Assembly: GCA_000002435.2 (NCBI GenBank)
Contig: CM018792.1
Reading direction: 5' to 3' (one strand)
DNA from: Giardia intestinalis
Taxonomy: Eukaryota
DNA length: 64,000 bases
A program made the position numbers and the translations under genes. The stretch's first letter is position 1. The number at the start of each line of letters is the position of its first letter. Below the pieces are notes generated by a model. The model made no database searches. It was not told where the DNA came from and was given only the letters and a program-made list of their open reading frames with translations. This document shows positions 50,762 through 58,890 of this stretch, piece by piece.

Positions 50762-52510
50762 TGGAGTGAGATATGCACAGCAGCCAGTGATGGACTGTGC
50801 ACTGCTTGTAAGACAGCTAACGGCCTGTTCAAGAACCCTGCTACAGCACCAGAGAAGGGAAGGGAGTGCATCCTGTGCTCTGATACGACAGATAGAGACG
50901 GGGTCACGGGAGCCGCTGGATGCTCAGAATGCTCCCACACGGGCACTAGCGGACCGGCCACATGCACTGTCTGCCAAGATGGATACATTAAGAAGGGTGA
51001 TGCATGTGAGAAGTGTGATCAGTCTTGTCTGACCTGCGATGGAAGTGGTCCGAATCATTGCACATCGTGTCCAGAGGGGAAGTACCTGAAGACTGACAAG
51101 TCATGCGTGAATAATAATGGATGCACTGGAAACACTTATGCTGACCCGGAGTCGGGGAAGTGCCTTCCTTGCAACACGATAGATCAAGCATGTACCCAGT
51201 GTGAGGTTGATTCGACTACCAAGAAGCCGAAGTGCACAGCTTGTGATAACAGTGGGAAAAAGGTAAAGACGGCCATCGATGGCACCACAACGTGCGTTGA
51301 TGTGAGCTCTAATTGCGTGGATGCTGATCACTTCAAGGCAGATGGTGACTCAGCGTGTGTCTTGTGCAGCGATACCAGCGGATCAGACCCAAAGAACAAA
51401 GGCATTGCTGGCTGTAAGGCTTGCACGAAGACAGCGAGTGCTAATCCAACCTGCTCGGAGTGCCTAGCTGGATACTACAGTAGTGGTAGTGGTACGGTTA
51501 CATGCACAGCCTGTGGACAAAACTGTGCCACCTGCACTCAAGCTGGCAACAATCAGTGCACTAAGTGCAAGGCAGGGTTCTTCCTGAAAGGCAATGGTCC
51601 CGGTGAGTGTGTCCCATGCGATGATGCACAGAATCAAGGGATCGAGGGCTGTGCCGAGTGCACTGGTACTACAGGATCCCTCAAGTGTACTAAGTGCAAG
51701 CCTAACAGGAAGCCCGCGGGAAACCAAGACAACTATACATGCACAGAGAAGACCTGCGAGGATGAGACTGCATGTGGTGGGACAGCTGGCTCTTGTGATG
51801 CCACAGTGATTGATAATCAGGGCAATGCAAAGCACTACTGTTCCTATTGTGGAGAGGCTAATAAGTTCCCTATCAACGGTGTCTGTGTTGAAAGTAGTCA
51901 AAAGAACGGGAATAACTGTAACAGTCATACATGTACATCATGTGCTCAAGGGTACTTTATGTACATGGGAGGGTGCTATGATGCGTCGAAGGCTCCCGGT
52001 AGTCATATGTGCAAGACCGCTGACAACGGTGTCTGTACTACTCCCAATGCCAACAATAGGTACTTCCTGGTCCCAGGGGCATCCAACACTGATCAGTCTG
52101 TATTGGCTTGTAGTAACCCATTAGGCACACTAGTAGGCACTGGTGATACTGCTAAGGCATACGTGGGGGTACTCAACTGTTCACAGTGCACAGCCCCAGC
52201 AGCTCTGTCTGATGGTGGTATGGCTGCTGCTATATGTACCTCCTGTGACAGTGGTAAGAAGCCCAACAGGGATGGCACTGGGTGTGTGACATGCTCTGAC
52301 ACCAACTGCAAGAGCTGTGTGGTGGACGGTGTGTGTGGGGAGTGCAGTGATGGGTACAGTCTAGAGGGTGGCAGGTGCGTGTCCTCTGGCGCCAACAGGA
52401 GCGGGCTCTCCACGGGGGCCATAGCAGGGATCTCCGTCGCTGTCATCGCTGTCGTGGGGGGCCTCGTGGGCTTCTTGTGTTGGTGGTTCCTGTGTAGGGG
52501 GAAGGCATGA
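50762..52510 (+). CDS. VSP unit 12, 5'-truncated at EICTAAS breakpoint; no ATG at unit start
   Basis: Open from the TAG at 50759-50761. The 5' ~300 nt match units 4/10 and the 3' ~1.4 kb match unit 9. The ORF-track start at 51107 is a GTG. Ends GGLVGFLCWWFLCRGKA. Confidence 0.65.
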   Translation, partial: WSEICTAASDGLCTACKTANGLFKNPATAPEKGRECILCSDTTDRDGVTGAAGCSECSHTGTSGPATCTVCQDGYIKKGDACEKCDQSCLTCDGSGPNHCTSCPEGKYLKTDKSCVNNNGCTGNTYADPESGKCLPCNTIDQACTQCEVDSTTKKPKCTACDNSGKKVKTAIDGTTTCVDVSSNCVDADHFKADGDSACVLCSDTSGSDPKNKGIAGCKACTKTASANPTCSECLAGYYSSGSGTVTCTACGQNCATCTQAGNNQCTKCKAGFFLKGNGPGECVPCDDAQNQGIEGCAECTGTTGSLKCTKCKPNRKPAGNQDNYTCTEKTCEDETACGGTAGSCDATVIDNQGNAKHYCSYCGEANKFPINGVCVESSQKNGNNCNSHTCTSCAQGYFMYMGGCYDASKAPGSHMCKTADNGVCTTPNANNRYFLVPGASNTDQSVLACSNPLGTLVGTGDTAKAYVGVLNCSQCTAPAALSDGGMAAAICTSCDSGKKPNRDGTGCVTCSDTNCKSCVVDGVCGECSDGYSLEGGRCVSSGANRSGLSTGAIAGISVAVIAVVGGLVGFLCWWFLCRGKA

Positions 52511-52522
52511 CTTAGGTAGTGA

Positions 52523-54511
52523 ATGCTGTACAGTGATAGTGATAGTGCTATGTGGTGTGGGGGTGATAGTGGTGGTGTGGGACTTCTCTTCATGGGCGGG
52601 TGCTACAAGACAGAGAGTCAGCCCGGCAGTGAGATATGCACAGCAGCCAAGGATGGACTGTGCACTACTTGTAATACAGCTAACGGCCTGTTTAAGAACC
52701 CGGCTACAGCACCGAAGTCTGGTAGTGAGTGCATCCTCTGCTGGGACACGGTGGGAGATGGCGCGACGAAGGGAGTCGAGGGCTGTGCCACATGTACAGC
52801 ACCAGCTAATAATAAGGGGGCTGCCACGTGTACTAAGTGCCAAGATGGATACTATAAGAACGCTCAGACATGTGTCAAATGTAATGAAGCTTGTCTGACC
52901 TGCGATGGAAGTGGCCAGAATGCGTGCACATCGTGCCCAGAGGGGAAGTATTTGAAGACTGATAGTAAGACTTGTGTAGAGGCGTCTGCCTGTGCAAAGG
53001 GCACCTATGCCGACGAAGCAACCAGAAAGTGCGAATCCTGTACCGCAGGCTCAGGTGCCGGCGGTACGGCAGGAGTGCAAGAATGCGCTGCGTGTGCATA
53101 TAATAAGGCCAGCGGAAAACTGGAATGCTCTGAATGTACCGGCGGAGCCAAGATCCCCAGGGTGTCTTTGGATGGTACCTCGACCTGCGTGGCGAAGGAC
53201 TACGCCGGGTGTGCCGGACAAGACAACGCTTTGTTTATAGTAGAGGACAAGTCCAAATGCCTTTTGTGCGACGACGTTGAAACGGGGACAGATCCGAAGG
53301 ATCAGGGCGTCGCCGGCTGTAAGGCTTGCACGAAGACCTCGAGTGCAAAGCCCACTTGCACAGAATGCTTGGAGGGATACAAAAGTACCGGAGTTGGTTC
53401 AGTAACATGCACCCCCTGTCACGCCAACTGTGCCACATGCTCAGCTGAAACTGCTGAGGATAAGTGCCTGACCTGCAAAGCAGGGTTCTTTCTAGTTGAT
53501 GTTACGGGTGGGAAGAAGTGTGTCCCATGTGATAGCAAAACCGATAATGGCATCGATGGGTGTGCCGAGTGTGATAACAGTACTGGATCCCTCAAGTGTA
53601 CAAAGTGCAAGGTGAACTACAAGCAGAGCGGTACCGGTCCTGTTACATGTACCAAGACTTGTGAAGATGAGACTGCATGCGGGGGTACCTCTGGCGCCTG
53701 TGATGCCATCGTAATAGATGATAAGGGCAACACAAAGCACTACTGTTCATACTGTGGGGATGACAGTAAGGTACCGATTGATGGGAAGTGTGTTGATAGT
53801 GGTAGTATAAATGGTAATACTTGTGCTAAAGGTGTATGTACACAGTGTGCTCAAGGATACTTCTTATACATGGGAGGCTGTTATAAGGTAGCAAGTCCAC
53901 CTGGTAACCTCATGTGCACTGAAGCAACAACAGCTGGTGTCTGCACAGAGGCGGCCAACAATAAGTACTTCGTAGTACCAGGAGCATCCAATCAGAATCA
54001 GTCTGTATTGGCATGTGGTAACCCATTAGGCACACTAGTAGGCACTCAAGGTACTGCTAAGGCATACGTGGGGGTACTCAACTGTTCACAGTGCACAGCC
54101 CCAGCAGCTCTGTCTGATGGTGGTATGGCTGCTGCTATATGTACCTCCTGTGACAGTGATAGGAAGCCCAACAGGGATGGCAGTGGGTGCTTCGCATGTG
54201 CCGTTAGTGGATGCTCGCACTGCAACAGGGATGACATGTGCGAGGCATGTAATGATGGTAAGAAGGTGAGCCCTGGGAGGAAGTCATGCGTGGATAAGTG
54301 TCCCAGCAACTCCACTGACACCGACTCTGTCTGTGTGTGCGACGATGGATATAGCCCTGACAGCAGTGGGACCTCCTGTGTGTCTATGAGCACCAACAGG
54401 AGCGGGCTCTCCACGGGGGCCATCGCGGGCATCTCCGTCGCTGTCATCGCTGTCGTGGGGGGTCTCATAGGGTTCCTCTGCTGGTGGTTCCTGTGTAGAG
54501 GGAAGGCGTGA
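52523..54511 (+). CDS. VSP unit 13, 5'-truncated at LLFMGGCYK breakpoint, ATG in poly(A) signal of unit 12; intact paralogue of unit 3
   Basis: MLYSDSDSAMWCGGDSGGVGLLFMGGCYKTESQ... 662 codons ending [27 protein letters not shown] signal follows at 54524. This is the last unit of the array. Confidence 0.7.
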   Translation: MLYSDSDSAMWCGGDSGGVGLLFMGGCYKTESQPGSEICTAAKDGLCTTCNTANGLFKNPATAPKSGSECILCWDTVGDGATKGVEGCATCTAPANNKGAATCTKCQDGYYKNAQTCVKCNEACLTCDGSGQNACTSCPEGKYLKTDSKTCVEASACAKGTYADEATRKCESCTAGSGAGGTAGVQECAACAYNKASGKLECSECTGGAKIPRVSLDGTSTCVAKDYAGCAGQDNALFIVEDKSKCLLCDDVETGTDPKDQGVAGCKACTKTSSAKPTCTECLEGYKSTGVGSVTCTPCHANCATCSAETAEDKCLTCKAGFFLVDVTGGKKCVPCDSKTDNGIDGCAECDNSTGSLKCTKCKVNYKQSGTGPVTCTKTCEDETACGGTSGACDAIVIDDKGNTKHYCSYCGDDSKVPIDGKCVDSGSINGNTCAKGVCTQCAQGYFLYMGGCYKVASPPGNLMCTEATTAGVCTEAANNKYFVVPGASNQNQSVLACGNPLGTLVGTQGTAKAYVGVLNCSQCTAPAALSDGGMAAAICTSCDSDRKPNRDGSGCFACAVSGCSHCNRDDMCEACNDGKKVSPGRKSCVDKCPSNSTDTDSVCVCDDGYSPDSSGTSCVSMSTNRSGLSTGAIAGISVAVIAVVGGLIGFLCWWFLCRGKA

Positions 54512-55136
54512 CTTAGGTAGTGAACGCTCTGTTGGTGGTTAGTGCTCAGTGAGCGTCTGCTGTCCATCCACTCGGTGCTGTTCTGAGGGCAGTGTGCGCT
54601 GGATGCGGTCTCCAGGATCACTCCGCGGCCGGGGCGGGGTGGGTAAGGACCTGCATGCAGAGACTCGTGGTGTAGCAGGGAACTGACTGGTCTGTAGTTC
54701 AACAGAGACGGGGATCCAGTAGCTAAATCCTTAGGCAGCTGCTGGTGGACCTGGTGCCCCGGTCTATTCGCCAGCCTAGTTTTGAGAGAGAGCATCGACC
54801 CTATAAGAAGGAGTCGCGGGATGCAAGGATGGGATGCAGCCCCCTGTCGTAGGTGTGTCCAGAGGTTGTGACAAAGGCCCAGCTGCATCGTTGGGGTATC
54901 GCGTGCATTGTTGTAGAGCTGATAGCAGAATTTGTTTAAACGATAAATATTATACTTAGCTAGATTAGTATATAGTTACCAGAGTCAAGGAGGCCGAGAT
55001 GATCGAAGAGGTCAATAAGACCCACACTTGCACCCATAGCTTGAACAGGTATTTTGTGGTCATAAAGGCAGCAGACGACGAAATAGGCCTGCAGGCCATA
55101 AGTCGAGGAGGCAACGTAAAATCTCGCTCACATCAT

Positions 55137-56381
55137 TTACTGCTTAGGGGCGTTCTTCTCGCAGTATGCAATAGCTCTCTTTCCAAGGTCAACGCCAGCA
55201 TTGTACGCTTGTTCAAGAAGCTCCTCTGTGTAGTTAAACTTAAACGTAATACCCTTCTCATCGTATACGTCAGCTTTGCACCCGTCCCTGAGTTCGGCTA
55301 CTATGTCTGGGACAGCCCTGTTGCTCCACCCAAAGGCACCAAATGCAAACGCAGGCTTCCCCTTGATAAGAGTCAGTCCTCTGACGTAGTTAAGAGCGGC
55401 AGCGACGGAGGGCATCATCGTGTTGTTGAGTGTCGGGCTTGCAAAGGCCACAGCTCCAGAGTCGTACGTGTGGAGCGCAACCTTCGTGATATCAGAGCTA
55501 GTCATCTCAAGAAGAACTGTCTCGCAGCCCGTGCTCCGAGCACCATCAAGGAGGGCGAGCGCCATGCGGTGTGTGGTTCCATACATGCTGTCAAGGACGA
55601 CTGTGACCTTCTTCTGGCAGTGCTGGCCCTTAGACCATCTGTCATACTCAGCAATCGCAAGGCCCATCGCGTCGCCACGCCACGAAACGCCGTGAGCGGA
55701 GAGGATGTACTTGATTTCGACGGTGCTTGCGACTTCAAGTGCTTTACGCATCTGAGCACTGAACAAGCCCAAGATGTTGGCAGTGTACTCCTTAAAGAGG
55801 TGCATAACGTGCGAAACGTCGCACTCGTCCGCCCACCTCCTTGAGGTGGCATAATGCTGACCAAAGCCGTCATTGGAGAAGAGAATCTTATCCTCGGGGC
55901 AGTAGGTGAAGGTGGAGTCAGGCCAATGAAGCAAGGGAACCGGGATGAACTTCAGCGTCCTCTTGCCAATCTTGAGCGTGTACTTGTCGTCGACAATGAG
56001 CCACGTTGCCTTCTCCATGCCATAAAGAATCTTCAGGTGTTCCTGGCACTTCTTTGTACAGACAAACGTCGCGTTTGTGAACTTATGGTAGTGGTCTTTA
56101 AGAGAGGACGCGTGGTCGCCTTCAGCATGATTCATGACGACGTACTTGATCTTGTCGAGCGGGCAGCATGCCGCAATACGAGAGAGCCATTCCTCGGCGA
56201 AGGGGTACTTTACAGAGTCGATCACCGTAGGGCATTCGTCATCTATGAAGTACGAGTTGTACGAGCTCCCCTCGTCTGTGTGGTACCCATGAAAGATCCT
56301 GACCATCCAGTCGACGATCCCGACCCAGTAAACGCCTGGAATCATCTCCTGATCCTGCACATACTTGGGCTTAGAAGACAT
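55137..56381 (-). CDS. flavodiiron protein (A-type flavoprotein; metallo-beta-lactamase-like di-iron domain + flavodoxin domain)
   Basis: 414 aa. Di-iron ligand motif NHAEGDH (H-x-E-x-D-H) and a C-terminal flavodoxin-like domain. ATG at 56379-56381 (rc), preceded by AAAAAAAGTATATC. The TAA stop is embedded in an AGTAAAT poly(A) signal. Confidence 0.7.
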   Translation of the reverse strand: MSSKPKYVQDQEMIPGVYWVGIVDWMVRIFHGYHTDEGSSYNSYFIDDECPTVIDSVKYPFAEEWLSRIAACCPLDKIKYVVMNHAEGDHASSLKDHYHKFTNATFVCTKKCQEHLKILYGMEKATWLIVDDKYTLKIGKRTLKFIPVPLLHWPDSTFTYCPEDKILFSNDGFGQHYATSRRWADECDVSHVMHLFKEYTANILGLFSAQMRKALEVASTVEIKYILSAHGVSWRGDAMGLAIAEYDRWSKGQHCQKKVTVVLDSMYGTTHRMALALLDGARSTGCETVLLEMTSSDITKVALHTYDSGAVAFASPTLNNTMMPSVAAALNYVRGLTLIKGKPAFAFGAFGWSNRAVPDIVAELRDGCKADVYDEKGITFKFNYTEELLEQAYNAGVDLGKRAIAYCEKNAPKQ

Positions 56382-56943
56382 GATATACTTTTTTTAGCCC
56401 TGGTCTACATACTTCAATGATGGATCAACAGTTGTGGCCACCATTGCTTTATACATCAAACGACTACTGGGCAATATACTAGTGCATTTTGCTGAGAAGG
56501 TACCGGTTCTTACAAATTGATATTTGCTGAGCACTTAGAAATTGGTTGAACCGGTGTAGTTGAAGTGGTTAACTTCTTCAGTATTACCGATGTCGTTAGA
56601 AGCTGTATCTCTACTGGTAGCTGCATTCGACTTATCATGCGAACCTTCGTAGATAAGCGGTGTTTGTGTAGACGCAATCTATCATAAGGGCAGGATATCG
56701 CTGAATTCCAGAGCCAGAGCCTATTTATAAAGTTTACTCAAACGCTGTTTACCACAAGAGATTGCTTCTGTTGCTGGGTTCCTTTTCCTTTGCTCAAGAG
56801 TGAGACCTCGCATTGCGACACCCATGCTGTCTCTTCAGCTGTCAGGGAAGAATGTGGACTGTGTGCATATCATAAGCTGTAATTTCTCTCGATAATGCAC
56901 ACCTTGTGAACGATTCTCCTAGTCAAATATAAAATTAGAAGTA

Positions 56944-58890
56944 ATGCAGCAAAGAGAGGAGACCTCACTGGCTCGGATAAAGGCAGCGGCTAACGCACGA
57001 GAAACCCATATTAATAAGATGCAGGATCGGAAAAGAGATGCCGTTGTCTTGGTGCTGGATTTCCTGAGAGCGGAGGGCTATGTCACAGCGTTGGCCAACC
57101 TAGAGGGAGAAACCGGGATAAGCCTATCAAAATATCAGGTCTGTGATAATGTTGATCTTCTGCACGTTGTACAGGAGTATCAAGAGTACTTTAGCTATAA
57201 ATATGATAAAGAAGCCAGAATAGTCAAAAAGGCAAGTGGTGAGCAATCCGGGCCGCAAAAGGCACCACCTCGACAAAAGCAAGTAGCGCCCCCGGCCATC
57301 CCCAAGCAGCTTTCATCTGTTCCATCAGATGACCAAAAGGTGTCCAAGCAGCCCGATCCGCGTACTAATCAAGGAAGCATGCCGCGTCAGCTACAAGTAA
57401 AAGAAGATACAGAGCAAAGCAAGAGTACAGAGCAAGCATTTCTTAATATCAATGGGGCGAAAATACCATATAAAAAGAAACCTGCCACGCCAAAGGCCCA
57501 GTCTGTTGTTCAAACCCCGTCATCGAACGAAGCACCTGCCCAGGCATACTCAATAAAGAAATCAGCGTCTTCATCTAACATCCCAGACGATCAGTATTCT
57601 CTTCCATTCCAACCTGTAAAAAAGGCCGCACCCGTAGCCCAGCCAGACACTTACCGGTCAAACTTGATTGCAAATGGCTCTCTGAATGATGGTGGGCTTG
57701 CATCGCTGTTTAATCTTATCAAGATGGAAATATTGACAGAGTCACCTAATGTACGCTTCAGCGATATCATCGGCCTCTCAGCAGCCAAAAAGATTCTGAG
57801 AGAATCAGTGATACTTCCAAGACGATACCCGCATTTGTTCGAAGGCGGAAATGGCCAGGGATCTTTGGCATGGAAGGGGCTTCTAGTTTATGGCAGCCCA
57901 GGGTCGGGAAAGACGTGCCTTGCAAAGGCGCTGGCCACAGAAAGCAGAAGCGTCTTCTTCTGCGTTTCTAGCGCGACGCTTACCAGCAAATACCATGGAG
58001 AAAGTGAAAAACTTGTGCGATGTTTATTCATCATGGCGCGCCAGTATGAGAGTGCGGTGATCTTCTTTGACGAGGTGGACAGTATACTATCCAGCAGAAC
58101 GGCTGATGGAGAGCACGAAGCTAGCAGGAGAATGAAGTCAGAGATGTTGCAGCAGATTGATGGGCTGTCGAGTTACATCGACTCTAGTAGTAGGATATTT
58201 GTCCTATGCGCCACCAACTTCCCCTGGGAGATCGACCAGGCCATGCTTCGCAGACTCGAAAAGCGCATCTTTATCGAATTGCCAGGATTTATCAGTAGAA
58301 TAGTAATGATAAGGAAGTTTTTGGGAGACAAGTTGCGATATGAGGATGCCAATTCAGTTTGCGGCGCCGAAGACTTTTGTTGCTATGATGAGTATGTAAA
58401 AAAGGTGTCCGAAATATCACATAATAAGGAGGATGTCCTTTCAGAGCAGTTCTTCACAGAGACCCTGAACAGACTCCAGCAGATCGGTCTCAAATACCTG
58501 GTTACTATTTCTGTGCTAACTTCGTGCTTCTCTGGCGCTGATCTGCATATTCTTTGCACAGAAGCATGTATGACTAAAATTCGTGAGGTGCTCGATGTCT
58601 TAGAGAAAGACTTTGCGGAAGACCAAATTACTGATGTAGATTTTAAAGAGAGCAATCCAGAAGTGATAGATAAGTACCTCAACACTGTGCTTCCAAGAGA
58701 TCAAAGCCCACTTGATTTAAAAGAGCTTGAGCACGAGGAAATTAGACAGGAGTGTCTTGAGGATCAAAAGCTGGATCTCTCTGTAGGATATACAGAGCTC
58801 ACAAAGGCTCTTATGGTGACAAAGCCAAGCTTTCATCCCCCAGATCTTCAAAAATACATCGATTGGGGGGCTGCATTTGGTTCGGGATAG
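56944..58890 (+). CDS. AAA+ ATPase of the meiotic clade (katanin p60-like/fidgetin-like), N-terminal LisH-like motif, long C-terminal extension
   Basis: Walker A GSPGSGKT, KYHGESEKLVRCLF (diagnostic of katanin/spastin/VPS4), Walker B IIFFDEVDS. The N-terminal RKRDAVVLVLDFLRAEGYVTALANLEGE resembles a LisH motif as in KATNAL2. AT-rich AAATATAAAATTAGAAGTA upstream. Confidence 0.7.
   Translation: MQQREETSLARIKAAANARETHINKMQDRKRDAVVLVLDFLRAEGYVTALANLEGETGISLSKYQVCDNVDLLHVVQEYQEYFSYKYDKEARIVKKASGEQSGPQKAPPRQKQVAPPAIPKQLSSVPSDDQKVSKQPDPRTNQGSMPRQLQVKEDTEQSKSTEQAFLNINGAKIPYKKKPATPKAQSVVQTPSSNEAPAQAYSIKKSASSSNIPDDQYSLPFQPVKKAAPVAQPDTYRSNLIANGSLNDGGLASLFNLIKMEILTESPNVRFSDIIGLSAAKKILRESVILPRRYPHLFEGGNGQGSLAWKGLLVYGSPGSGKTCLAKALATESRSVFFCVSSATLTSKYHGESEKLVRCLFIMARQYESAVIFFDEVDSILSSRTADGEHEASRRMKSEMLQQIDGLSSYIDSSSRIFVLCATNFPWEIDQAMLRRLEKRIFIELPGFISRIVMIRKFLGDKLRYEDANSVCGAEDFCCYDEYVKKVSEISHNKEDVLSEQFFTETLNRLQQIGLKYLVTISVLTSCFSGADLHILCTEACMTKIREVLDVLEKDFAEDQITDVDFKESNPEVIDKYLNTVLPRDQSPLDLKELEHEEIRQECLEDQKLDLSVGYTELTKALMVTKPSFHPPDLQKYIDWGAAFGSG

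Noticed and set aside
28113-54888. Dozens of 60-260-codon minus-strand and off-frame plus-strand ORFs inside the VSP array (for example 35786-36553, 44770-45522, 39953-40699)
   Set aside because: They are antisense or off-frame to Cys-rich VSP coding sequence that is GC-biased and stop-poor. They recur only because the VSP units are duplicated. No motif, start context or poly(A) signal supports them.
54999-55844. 281-codon + strand ORF
   Set aside because: Almost entirely antisense to the well-supported flavodiiron protein gene (55137-56381, minus strand), which carries the H-x-E-x-D-H and flavodoxin signatures.
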